This document shows positions 49,721-61,858 of a stretch of 64,000 nucleotides of DNA, piece after piece. How positions within the stretch are numbered: the first letter of the stretch is position 1; every line of letters starts with the position of its first letter. Origin of the DNA: an uncultured Verrucomicrobiae bacterium (lineage in GTDB: Bacteria; Verrucomicrobiota; Verrucomicrobiia; Limisphaerales; Palsa-1400); contig CAVPOM010000002.1 of NCBI GenBank assembly GCA_963707025.1, positions 1-64,000 on the forward strand, read 5' to 3'. A program made the translations under genes and the position numbers. The notes under the pieces are model-generated. The model was not told the origin of the DNA, did no database searches, and saw only the letters and a program-made list of their open reading frames with translations.

Positions 49721-51172
49721 ATGCAAAAAAAGCACTCTTCCCGCCGGGATTTTTTGAAGCAATCCGCGCTGGCCGGTGTGGCGGCGTCCATGACCGGCGC
49801 CTTGACCGGCTGTGCGGCGCCGGGCAGCGCCGGCGCCATCACCCTCCCCAGCGGGGTCTCCCTTGGCGGACGCATCGGTGAGACGCGCCCGCGTCCCTCC
49901 GGCCAGCAACCGGTCCACCAACTGACCACCCAGCCGCTGGGGCGGGTGCGCGTGGCCTTCATTGGTTGCGGCGGACGGGGCACCAGCCTGATCGGCGATG
50001 TCCTGGGCATCGAATTTGCCGATGTGGTGGCGGTGTGCGACCTGCGAGCAGAGCGGGCGGAGTCGGCCACCGGACGCGTGGAAAAGGCCCGCGGCAAACG
50101 CCCCGCCGTTTTTGGCGGCACTGAGAGCATCTGGGAAAAACTGTGCGAGCTTCCGGGCATTGACGTGGTCTATGTTGCCACTCCCTGGGAATGGCACGCG
50201 CCCATGGCCGTCCGCGCCATGGAGCGCGGCCAGCACGCCTTCGTCGAGGTCTCGGCGGCGGTGACAGTGGACGATGGCTGGCGGCTGGTGGATACCAGTG
50301 AGCGCACGCAGAAGCATTGTTTGATCCTCGAGAACTGTTGTTACGGCGAGAACGAACTCTTTGTCTTGAACCTGGCGCGGCAGGGGGTTTTCGGCGAACT
50401 CAACCATGCCGAGTGCGCTTACCTTCACGACCTGCGCAGTTTGCTTTTTGATCTCAACGGCGAGGGTCTCTGGCGGCGCCATTATCACCTGGCCTACAAC
50501 GGCAATCTCTATCCCACTCACGGCCTCGGCCCGGTCGCGCAACACCTCGGCATCGGGCGCGGCGACCAGTTCAAATTCCTGGTCTCCACCAGCTCCCCGG
50601 AACAGGGGCTTTCCAAGTGGGAGCGCGACCACCACCCGAACGGCGGCCAACAGGCCGGCGAAAAATACCTCTGCGGCGACATGAACACCTCCCTCATCAA
50701 GACCGAACTGGGCCGCACCATCATGCTCCAGCACGACGTCGTCAGCCCGCGCCCTTATAGCCGCATCAACGCCTTGTACGGCACCGGCGCCGTCTTTTTT
50801 GATTACCCGCCGCGCCTGTCAATCAATCAGCCAAAGCAGTTCGGCCTGGCCGCCAACAGTTCGGAGGACTGGCTCAGCCCGGGCGACCTGGCGAAAATGC
50901 GCGACAAGTTCACCCATCCGCTCTGGCGCAATCTGGCGGAACGCGCCAAGGGGTCCGGCCACGGCGGCATGGACTTCGTGGAAAACTGGCGGCACCTGGA
51001 TTGCCTTCGCCAGGGAATCACCCCGGACATCACCGTCTATGACGCGGCGGCTTGGAGCAGCATCATCGAACTGTCCGCCCGATCCGTGGCCACCGGCAGC
51101 GCCCCGGTGCCCATTCCCGATTTCACCCGCGGCCTCTGGAAGTCCAGGCCACCCCTGGGCATCGTCAGTTGA
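49721..51172 (+). CDS. Tat-exported GH109-like NAD-dependent glycosidase (Gfo/Idh/MocA fold)
   Basis: SRRDFLK; IGCGGRG, YVATPWEWH, ENCCY, YLHDLR, GNLYPTHGLGP, SPRPYSR, GHGGMDF, YDAAAWS. Confidence 0.88.
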   Translation: MQKKHSSRRDFLKQSALAGVAASMTGALTGCAAPGSAGAITLPSGVSLGGRIGETRPRPSGQQPVHQLTTQPLGRVRVAFIGCGGRGTSLIGDVLGIEFADVVAVCDLRAERAESATGRVEKARGKRPAVFGGTESIWEKLCELPGIDVVYVATPWEWHAPMAVRAMERGQHAFVEVSAAVTVDDGWRLVDTSERTQKHCLILENCCYGENELFVLNLARQGVFGELNHAECAYLHDLRSLLFDLNGEGLWRRHYHLAYNGNLYPTHGLGPVAQHLGIGRGDQFKFLVSTSSPEQGLSKWERDHHPNGGQQAGEKYLCGDMNTSLIKTELGRTIMLQHDVVSPRPYSRINALYGTGAVFFDYPPRLSINQPKQFGLAANSSEDWLSPGDLAKMRDKFTHPLWRNLAERAKGSGHGGMDFVENWRHLDCLRQGITPDITVYDAAAWSSIIELSARSVATGSAPVPIPDFTRGLWKSRPPLGIVS

Positions 51173-51279
51173 TCTCCCCGTCGCGCCCGGCTATGAGGCC
51201 GGCATGCTTTCCGAGGGAGCAGTGCGGCCCGACGCCGATGCAGGTGGCGCGGGTGCTTTTAAATTTCCAAAGAATTTAT

Positions 51280-51327
51280 TTGCATTTGTTTTATTTCATT
51301 TTATATTCAACCATATGGTTGAATATA
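51280..51327 (+). promoter_or_regulatory. Promoter and perfect 26-bp operator palindrome overlapping the ArsR start codon
   Basis: TTGCAT (51280) -16 nt- TATATT (51302); TATATTCAACCATATGGTTGAATATA at 51302-51327 is a perfect palindrome containing the ATG at 51315. Confidence 0.75.
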
Positions 51328-51674
51328 GCTCAAGGTTGTTGGACCGGACTTTTGGGGCGCTGGCGGATGCGACGCGGCGGCGGATTTTGGCGCAGTTGGC
51401 GAAGGGCGGGGAGTGCGTGACGGATCTGGCGCGGCCGCATGCGATGTCGCTGGCGGCGGTGTCCAAGCATGTGATCGTTTTGGAGAAGGCGGGATCGGTG
51501 AGGCGGCGCCGGCACGGGCGGGTGCATTCGTTGACGCTGGAGGCGAAGCCGATGAAGGAGGCGCAGGCGTGGATCGAGCGGTACCGGAAGTTTTGGGAGG
51601 GGAATCTGGATCAGTTGGAAAAATATTTGAACAAACTGCAAACAAAGGAGACCAAACAAGATGACGATAAATAA
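51315..51674 (+). CDS. ArsR/SmtB-family transcriptional regulator
   Basis: LDRTFGALADATRRRIL, SLAAVSKHV.VLE.AG, W..RYRKFWE..LD.L. Confidence 0.92.
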   Translation: MVEYSSRLLDRTFGALADATRRRILAQLAKGGECVTDLARPHAMSLAAVSKHVIVLEKAGSVRRRRHGRVHSLTLEAKPMKEAQAWIERYRKFWEGNLDQLEKYLNKLQTKETKQDDDK

Positions 51675-52149
51675 TGAAGTGCAGAAGCCGGATGACGCGA
51701 CGCTGGTCGTGAGGCGAGTGTTGAACGCGACGCCGGAGCGGGCGTTCCAGGCGTGGACATCGGCGGAACATATCCAACAATGGATGCGGCCGGAACCGGG
51801 GATGGTGGTTCCGCTGGCGAGCATGGATTTGCGGGTGGGGGGAAAATTCCGCATTCAGATGAAGATGCCGGACGGGGAATTTTTTACGGCGTCGGGGGAG
51901 TTCCGCGAGGTGAAGGCGCCCGAGCGGCTGGTTTACACATGGGATTGGGAGAAGGATGCGAGTGGCGCCGAGTTTGGCGAGGTGGAGGGGAAGCCGTCGC
52001 TGGTCACGGTGGAGTTTCTGAGGCGGGGCGAGCGGACGGAGCTGGTGCTGACGCACAGCCGGTTCGCCACGGTGGAGAGCCGGGACAACCACGCGCGGGG
52101 CTGGGGCAAAATTGCGGAGAGCTTTGCGAGCTTTGTGGAGAAAGGATGA
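51661..52149 (+). CDS. SRPBCC/AHSA1 domain protein
   Basis: LVVRRVLNATPERAFQAWT, MDLRVGGKF, PERLVYTW, TELVLTH, H..GW. Confidence 0.92.
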   Translation: MTINNEVQKPDDATLVVRRVLNATPERAFQAWTSAEHIQQWMRPEPGMVVPLASMDLRVGGKFRIQMKMPDGEFFTASGEFREVKAPERLVYTWDWEKDASGAEFGEVEGKPSLVTVEFLRRGERTELVLTHSRFATVESRDNHARGWGKIAESFASFVEKG

Positions 52150-52504
52150 CGCGACGCATGGCAAGGCCGGATTTTTTGGCCACGGATGTCATAGTTAAGA
52201 GGGGGCGGCTCTGTCGTCTGCCCGCTCTTCAATCTGATTTTTCCACTTCCCCGGAAGATTAGGATTAAGATCAAGATTAAGAATTGAGGCGTCGGCGCGG
52301 ATTCCGCGGGCACCAGGAACCGGAGCTGTTTTTTAGAATGGATTACATAAACTAATCATCTGGCTTGGAAAGCCATTCCCTTCCCTTGCCCGATCTTTCC
52401 CCTTTTTTGCCATGCCGGGTTGCGCGGTCGGGCAATTCAGGCATAGGCTTCGGCAAAATACGGTGAGCTTGCTATTCCGCGGTGCGGTAGTATTTCTAAT
52501 GATT

Positions 52505-53981
52505 ATGAAACCGGTTTTGTTCAACAACACGGTGCTGCGGGACGGCCATCAATCCATGGCCGCCACCCGCATGACCACCGCCCAAATGCTCCCCGCCGCT
52601 CCCGTGCTCGACGGCATGGGCTTCCACGGCCTGGAAACCTGGGGCGGCGCGACCATTGACTCCTGCCTGCGCTTCCTCCATGAAAATCCTTTTGACCGCT
52701 TGCGCGCCCTGAAGAACCGCCGCTCCCCATACCCCGCAGATCATGCTCTTGCGCGGCCAAAACATCGTCCAATACGCCAGTTTCCCGGATGACGTGGTGG
52801 AGGCCTTTGTGCGCTGCATGTGCCAATTCGGCATGGACATCATCCGCATCTTCGATGCCCTCAATGATCTGCGCAACCTGCAAACGGCCATTCAGGCCGT
52901 CAAGAAATGTCGGAAACAGGCCCGGGGGAACTCTGCTACACCATCAGCCCGGTGCATACGGTGGAGAACTTTGTCAAGATGGGCATTGAGCTGGAAAAGA
53001 TGGGCTGCGATGCTCTGGGCATCAAGGACATGTCGGGCATCCTCCAGCCGCGCATCGCCTTCGACCTGGTCAAGGAACTCAAGCGCAAAGTCGCCATTCC
53101 CATCACCCTGCATACCCACGACACCGCCGGGCTGGGCGCGGCCAGTTATCTGGCGGCCATCGAGGCGGGGGTGGATTGTGTCGAGGTTTCGATTGTTCCC
53201 TTCGCCAACGGCACCTCGCAGCCCGATACCCGGCGCATGTTGGCGCTCCTGGAAGGGGATCCGCGATGCCCGCAATTCAACACGGAAAAACTTTCCGAAC
53301 TCCGCGATTACTTCGAGGGCGTTTACAAAGAGTTGTCCCAATTCACCAGCCCCGCCAACGAGCGGGTGGACAGCGACATCCTCATTTACCAGGTGCCAGG
53401 CGGGATGCTCTCCAACTTTCGCACTCAACTCAAAGAGCAAGGCATGTCGGAAAGTTTTGACGAAGTGCTGCGTGAGATTCCCGTGGTGCGCGAGGCGCTG
53501 GGCTGGATTCCATTGGTCACGCCGACCTCCCAGATCGTGGGCACCCAGGCCATGATGAATGTCAAATTCGGCCGCTGGAAAATGATCTGCCAGCCCGCCC
53601 AGGACATCGCCCTTGGCAAATATGGCAAAACGCCCGGCCGGATTGATCCGGATGTGCTGGCCCAAGTCGAAAAACTCTCCGGCAAAAAAACCATCACCGT
53701 CCGTCCCGCCGATCTGCTGGAACCCGGCCTGGAGAAGTTTCGCAAGCAATGCGCCGAAAAGGGCCTGCCGGTGGAAGATGAAATCGTGGTGCTCTTTGCC
53801 ATGTTCCCCCAGCAAGTCGAAGCCTTGTTCAAGCCCAAGCCGGCGGCGGCCGCCGCCTCTCCCGCCCCGGCGGCGGCCGGCTCCGGCTCCTGCCTTCCCA
53901 GGCAATGGGCCGGGCAAGCGTTTGTTCGTCACCCTCAACGGCCAGCGGCACGATGTGCTGGTCGAGACTTTGGAAAACTGA
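52505..53981 (+). CDS. Carboxyltransferase: transcarboxylase 5S-like / pyruvate carboxylase subunit B, no biotinyl domain; three frameshifts (~52715, ~52925, ~53885)
   Basis: LRDGHQS..ATRM, ETWGGAT, MLLRGQN, RIFDALND, CYTISPVHT, IKDMSG, LHTHDT, QVPGGMLSN, PLVTPTSQIVG; ends FVTLNGQRHDVLVETLEN; no AMKM motif. Confidence 0.88.
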
Positions 53982-53997
53982 ACCGTGGAGACTGTAT

Positions 53998-56154
53998 ATG
54001 AACCTCACTGAACCCACCCCTATGACAGACCGATTGCTGGCGGATTTTCCGCCGGTCAGCTATGGCGATTGGCATCGGCTCGTCGAGTCCGAGCTGAAAG
54101 GCGCTCCCTTCGACAAGTGGATGTTCACGCCCTCTTATGAAGACATCACTCTCAAACCCATCTATCGGCGGGAAGACACCGCCAATCTCCCACACCTCGA
54201 TTCCTTTCCCGGATTCGCTCCCTTTGTGCGCGGCACCTCGGCGGCGGGTTATGTCAGCCAGCCCTGGGCCATTTCCCAGGAAATCACCTGCTCCAGCCCG
54301 ACGGAATTCAATCACGAGGCCCGCAACTCTCTGGCCGGCGGCCTCAACGCTTTGAACATGGTGCTGGACAAGGCCACCCGCAACGGGCACGACCCGGATT
54401 GGGCCAAGCCGGAAGAAGTCGGCTCCGGCGGGCTTTCCATTGCCACCCTGCGCGATTTGGAGCGCGCTTTGGACGGGATAGACCTGAGAAGCACCTCCTT
54501 GTTCGTCCGATCCGGCGCTTCCGGCATGCCCTTTGCCGTCCTTCTCTTTGCCCTCATGCGCAAACGCAAGCAAAAGCCCAGCGTCCTCCACGGCTGTATT
54601 GAAACGGACCCGCTGGGGGTTCTGACCCACGAGGGCTGTCTGCCTCAGTCCATGCAAGCCGCTTATCGGGAAATGGCCGCCCTGACCCGCTGGGCCGCGG
54701 ACCACGCCCCGAGCGTTCAAACTATCTGCGTCCATAGCCGGGCCTGGCATGAAGCCGGGGGCCATGCCGTGCAGGAACTGGCTTTCACCCTGGCCACGGG
54801 TATCGAATATCTCCGCCAAATGCACCAGCGCGGGCTGGACGTCAACACCGTCGCCCCGCGCATCCGTTTCGCCGTGACCGTCGGGGTGAACTTTTTCATG
54901 GAGATTGCCAAACTCCGCGCCTTGCGCATGCTCTGGTCGCGGGCCGTGGCCGCCTTGGGGGGAAATCCAGACGCCCAAAAGCTCTCCCTCCATGTCCGCA
55001 CCTCGCAATGGAACAAGAGTGCTTCTGATCCCCATAACAACATCCTCCGCGCCACCGTCGAAGCCCTGGCCGGCGTCCTGGGCGGTTGCGACAGCTTGCA
55101 AGTCGGCGCCTTTGACGAAGTCCTCCGTCCGCCGGACGATTTCAGCCGGCGCATCGCCCGCAATACCCAGCTCATCTTGCAAAAGGAATGCAATCTCACT
55201 CAAGTCCTGGATCCGGCGGGCGGTTCCTGGTTCGCCGAAGCGGTCACCGCCGAACTGGCCAGCCGCGCCTGGTCCCTCTTTCAGGAGGTCGAACAACTGG
55301 GCGGCATGGAAGCCGCCCTCCAGTCCGGTTTTCCTCAGAAAATCGATTGACGCCACCGCCGCGGAAAAAATGCAAGGCGGCCGCCTCCCGCCGCCATTCC
55401 ATGGTCGGCGTCAACCGATACGCCAACCTGAAGGAAACGCCCCTGGACGTCTCTTCCCTGGATGCCAGATTGTTTCACAAACGCCGCGCCCAGCAGGTCG
55501 CCTCCCATCGCACTTCGCTGGAAGATCCCGACAGCGAAATCGTGCTCAAAAAACTGTCCAATATCGTCAATATCCGGGGGGAGGGTCTTTTCGCCGAGTG
55601 CATGGAGGCGGCGGGCGTGGGCGCCACCTTGGGGGAAATAGTCCGCGCCATTCGCATCCACGACCAGCCCCTGCGCCCCCATCGTCCCGATCAGCCTGAC
55701 CCGCCCCGCCCTGCCCTTTGAACGGCTGCGCGCCGCCATGGAGCGCCACATCGCCCTCCACGACAAACGCCCTCAAGTTTTCCTCTGCAACATGGGACCT
55801 TTGCCAGACTACAAAGCGCGCGCTGATTTTTCATCCGGCTTCTTTTCCCTGGCGGGTTACGAGGTGATTTCACCCGATGGGTTCCAGACGCCCGAAGCCG
55901 CCGTCCAGGCCTTTGTGGAATCCGGGGCGCGCATCGCCGTGATTTGTTCGACCGACAACCACTATCCAGCCCTGGTGCCGCCACTGGTTACAGGCCTCCG
56001 GGCGGCCCGGCCCGGGGCCGTGATTGCGCTGGCCGGATTTCCCCTCGACCAGGTGGAGGCTCACAGGAAGACCGGGCGTGGATGAGTTCGTCCATCTCCG
56101 CGCCGACGCGGTCCAATTGCTCGGCAGTTTTCACGCCAAACTGGGGATTGAAAT

Positions 56155-56158
<4 letters not shown>
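53998..56158 (+). CDS. mutA: Methylmalonyl-CoA mutase small subunit; four frameshifts (~55340, ~55370, ~55670, ~56075)
   Basis: [64 protein letters not shown]-terminal ICSTD..Y; stop overlaps the mutB ATG (ATGA). Confidence 0.87.
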
Positions 56159-58338
<2,180 letters not shown>

Positions 58339-58416
58339 CATGAGCTCAAATCTCGAAAAACCCGCGACTGCTCATGCCAGCCAACCCCCGCCAAACGACG
58401 AAACGCCATGACTCTT

Positions 58417-58536
58417 TCCTCTCCCTGCGGGAGAGGACCAAGGTGAGGGTTCTTCCCTCTTCATTTTCTTCCCCGGTAGGGCGAGACTCCGTCGAGCCCT
58501 GACTCAATTTCCTCGGAGAAAGTCACCGCTCGACGG
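58417..58536. repeat. Cluster of REP-like palindromes
   Basis: TCCTCTCCC-TGC-GGGAGAGGA hairpin (58417-58437) followed by GGTGAGGG; GGTAGGGCGAGACTCCGTCGAGCCC (58475-58499) with a partial inverted partner GCTCGACGG (~58528-58536). Confidence 0.65.
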
Positions 58537-58555
58537 CGGATGACCATTGGGGTCA

Positions 58556-58647
58556 TATCCTTTCCACTTTGCTTTTGCACTGTAGCGGCGGTCTGCGACC
58601 GCCGCCAATCGCCTTGGCAATAGTGCAGTTACGAACTGGAAACGGTA
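58556..58647. mobile_element. 92-bp MITE-like element, copy 2
   Basis: 86/92 identical to 4166-4257; flanked by TCA on both sides. Confidence 0.8.
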
Positions 58648-58750
58648 TCACATCTGCGCATTCAATCTTTGGCTTGCGGGCGGAGGTAAGCAAAAGGAAC
58701 CACGAAATAGTTTCCCTTAAATCGAGCGTTTGGGAAGCGCCCGAAAAGGC

Positions 58751-58830
58751 GTCAACCCATAGTCCGGTGCTATTTGATTAGTGTTCGTCTTAAAAAACCC
58801 ACATAAAAGCGAACCAAACTATGGGTTGAC
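58751..58830. repeat. Perfect 13-bp inverted repeat
   Basis: GTCAACCCATAGT (58751-58763) / ACTATGGGTTGAC (58818-58830), followed by TGACCCCTTT. Confidence 0.7.
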
Positions 58831-59118
58831 CCTTTCTGGGTGACCCCTTTCACGTCGGAGGTCAGCGAGCGCGGCCCTGCGTCCACACTAGATCCATCAG
58901 CATTGAACTTTTCGAACTGCTCCTTCCGGCCATCGCCCGAGCCCGAAAACGGCCTGGAAATTGACAGTCGGGACGCGTTGCAAATCGCAGGACCAACCAG
59001 GCGTGACACAAAAACCCCCATCTAAATTTTAGAATCATTATGTAAGTGTCGTATATACAAGGTATTACAACTTTGCCCATTCTTCACATTTTCTTTACTC
59101 AAAGAATTATGGTATACT

Positions 59119-60720
59119 GTGTGCAGTGTGACTACAAACTTTAATTTAGAAAACTATATTGGCCCAAACGAGGTGGTGACATCCTCCACGTTGATCGGGC
59201 GATGCACTGCGGCAGGATTCGATCCCGTGCATGCCAGGCAACTCCTGCGCCGTAGTTCGGCCAGAAATGGCCTCTGGCGTTCAGAAATCTTGGCCCTGCG
59301 CAATAATGGCCGGCTTTTCGCCCTTTCAAAATTCAGGGGTTCGGAAGGCTTCGTTGGCCAACTGCTCCCGATACTCGCTCAAGAGCGACCCGGCCTTCAC
59401 AGACTCTTGCATAAGCTCATGCTAGACGAAGTGGTGCTTAAAGCCCACGCCCAAATGCTGCTGGCGTCGCCACTGGCCGTGAAAAAGACCCGATACCCCC
59501 CATATGAAGCCGAGATTGCCGCTATAGAGGAGACGTTGATCGCCCGTGTTGAAACTAAGGATACTTTAGGAGAGCGTCTGGTGTTAAGGAGGATCAGCGG
59601 GACAGTGAACAGTTCCGCAGCAGGCCTGAAGGCACTAACGGCACTCCACATCGAGATTGCCATAACCAATATCCTGATCGAACACTTTCGCCGCCAAAAT
59701 TTCATCTCCTGGAATCCGCTGGCCGGGAAGCAAGCCCGCCAAGGCTTGATTACATTTAACAATTATCCATTCTTCGCGGCGACCTTCAGTTGGATCGCGC
59801 CTTTGTTACGATGGGACGCCGCAGAGAAAAAGTCCAAATCTACTCCAGTTGTCTTTCACACATGCTGCGGGCGATGCAACGTTTGGGATGTGGAAGGATT
59901 CGCGGCTCGGATCCAAAGAGCAGGTGCAAATAAGATTTCAAGATTGAGGGTATTAGGGATTGTGGCAGCCGAGGATTTTGAGCATGGAGCTTGGAACAGA
60001 GCCAAGGAGGAGGGATTCGTCGCGATTAATCTTCGTCAACTTTTTGGGGACGCTGCATTTGAAGCCATCGTTCAAGTCCAGGAACTCCTGAAGAACGTTA
60101 TAGGAGACGCAACCAAAGCTAAGGATGATGATTACAACGAACTTTCACCGATGTTGACGAGTCTCAAGACCAATCCATTCATCGTCAACCTCAAGTCGCT
60201 GGCCTTTGAAGCCCTCAGTGGGTTCCTCGTCAAATATGAGGGCTGGGAAGAGGTTCAGCTCAATTTGAAAGTCCCATTTAAATTACCGGAGGGGGAAACC
60301 GAACGTGAGGTGGACGTTAGTGGGCAGAAGAATGCTTGGGATGACCTTTGCATCATTGAGTGTAAAGCAGAAGCCGCAAACAAGGTCCTCGATGGCAAAC
60401 ATGTGCGGAAGTTCTTCACGGAAACTGTTCCTGCCTTTTTGGCTGCCAAGTGTGCGGCCCGCAACCCGTCCCACTGCCACGCCGAGATTTGGACGACTGG
60501 AATTGTGACGGACGTGGCGAGGAACGCGCTCAAGGAAATTAGCATTCGGAAGTGTGTCACTCCGGCGCTTCTGGGAAGAGACGAATTGATCCGGCGATTG
60601 CCGAGACCGCTTCACTCCACAAAACGACTCCTCGAAACCATCGCGGAACTAGGAAACACAACAGCGCCTGGAGACCTTTGCCCGGCGGCTCAACTCCGCG
60701 AGGGCACCGATTCTCATTGA
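59119..60720 (+). CDS. Hypothetical protein with restriction-endonuclease-like PD-(D/E)XK C-terminal domain
   Basis: 533-aa ORF visibly more AT-rich than the host genes, preceded by an AT-rich promoter-like stretch; AFEALSG...REVDV...IIECKA motif. Confidence 0.7.
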   Translation: MCSVTTNFNLENYIGPNEVVTSSTLIGRCTAAGFDPVHARQLLRRSSARNGLWRSEILALRNNGRLFALSKFRGSEGFVGQLLPILAQERPGLHRLLHKLMLDEVVLKAHAQMLLASPLAVKKTRYPPYEAEIAAIEETLIARVETKDTLGERLVLRRISGTVNSSAAGLKALTALHIEIAITNILIEHFRRQNFISWNPLAGKQARQGLITFNNYPFFAATFSWIAPLLRWDAAEKKSKSTPVVFHTCCGRCNVWDVEGFAARIQRAGANKISRLRVLGIVAAEDFEHGAWNRAKEEGFVAINLRQLFGDAAFEAIVQVQELLKNVIGDATKAKDDDYNELSPMLTSLKTNPFIVNLKSLAFEALSGFLVKYEGWEEVQLNLKVPFKLPEGETEREVDVSGQKNAWDDLCIIECKAEAANKVLDGKHVRKFFTETVPAFLAAKCAARNPSHCHAEIWTTGIVTDVARNALKEISIRKCVTPALLGRDELIRRLPRPLHSTKRLLETIAELGNTTAPGDLCPAAQLREGTDSH

Positions 60721-60954
60721 ATTCTTCCCCATTTCCTATGGCTTTCATATCAGAGGAGCAACTGACTGAGACCGCCAGGCTGAAAATGGGGTAATTGTGG
60801 CGGTTTGAAATTGTTGTCTTCTTCCGGTTCCGTTTTCTTCCCCCTTCGCACGAAAGTTATCTTCTTCTCTTCTTTTTCCGTTTTCTTCGGCAGTGGATTT
60901 TCTTCCCACTTGCCGCTTTGACCTCGACATTTTAATGGAGGCGGTTTCAACCAA

Positions 60955-61533
60955 ATGAAGCCGGAAACGCATCGCTGTAAATGTCTGCACTGTAAGAAGT
61001 TGTTCGTGCCTGATTATCGGAATCTGGAACGACAGGGTTATTGTGCGACCCCGGAGTGCCGGAAAGCTGGCAAACGGTCCAGGCAGCAGCGTTGGTTGAG
61101 CAAACCGGAAAACAGCGACTACTTCCGGGATGCCCAGAATGTGGAGCGCGTTCAGGACTGGCGAAAGGAGCACCCCGGTTACTGGAAACGCCATCCGCGC
61201 AAGACAGCCGGTACGTTACAAGACGCCTGCTCGGCACAACCCATTGCAGTCAAGGAAGTTGCAGCGGCGGTGTTACAAGGGGCCTGCGCTGGTACGTTAC
61301 AAGACGTCTGCCAGGTGCAAGTGCCTCTACTGGTGGGGCTTATCTCCAAGTTCACCGACTGTACGTTACAAGACGACATCGTCATTTACGCCCGCCGTCT
61401 GATAGCCAATGGCCAGGACATTCTGGATCAACCCTCCAGAAGACTTGCGAAAGGAAACACTGTTTATGATGCAAAAGAAAATCCTGCGCCCCCAACGCCT
61501 GCGGCAGGTGCCGGCGCAGTTCAGTTGGATTGA
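60955..61533 (+). CDS. Zn-finger-like hypothetical protein of the IS21-like element
   Basis: CLHCKKLF.PD.RN..RQ.YC...EC, RW..KPEN.DYF, WR..HPGYW, repeated TLQD. Confidence 0.75.
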   Translation: MKPETHRCKCLHCKKLFVPDYRNLERQGYCATPECRKAGKRSRQQRWLSKPENSDYFRDAQNVERVQDWRKEHPGYWKRHPRKTAGTLQDACSAQPIAVKEVAAAVLQGACAGTLQDVCQVQVPLLVGLISKFTDCTLQDDIVIYARRLIANGQDILDQPSRRLAKGNTVYDAKENPAPPTPAAGAGAVQLD

Positions 61534-61858
61534 TCAACGGCTGGTGCGCGAAGATTTCCTGCGCCATGGCGAGCCGGCCGCCTGGGCTCTTTATCTGGTG
61601 CTGGTCACCGTCGCCGATGCGCAGGGACTCAGTTATTACTCCGAGGCCACCTTGAGCCGGTTGCTCAAATTGGACCTGGTGCAATTGGCGCAGGCCCGCC
61701 AGCAGTTGGTCAGCGCCGATTTGCTGGCTTACCACAAACCGCTCTATCAGGTGCTGGCGTTGCCGTCGGCTCCAACAATACCTGCCAGTCAGCGCTCAGG
61801 CCAGAGCTTGAGCGCGGGCGATATTTTGCGGCGCGCTCTGGCAGGAGGTGCAGCATGA
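61466..61858 (+). CDS. Winged-helix/replication-initiator-like hypothetical protein
   Basis: RLRQVPAQFSWIDQRLV, ALYLVL.TVADAQGLSYYS, ARQQL...DLLAY..PLYQVL; stop overlaps the next ATG. Confidence 0.72.
   Translation: MMQKKILRPQRLRQVPAQFSWIDQRLVREDFLRHGEPAAWALYLVLVTVADAQGLSYYSEATLSRLLKLDLVQLAQARQQLVSADLLAYHKPLYQVLALPSAPTIPASQRSGQSLSAGDILRRALAGGAA

Noticed and set aside
52290..52504. Cobalamin riboswitch upstream of the mutase operon
   Set aside because: No recognisable B12-box elements seen by eye; an Rfam scan would be decisive.
58770..59080. Short ORFs upstream of the nuclease-like gene as partner genes
   Set aside because: 60-83 aa, overlapping repeat and promoter-like DNA, no motifs.
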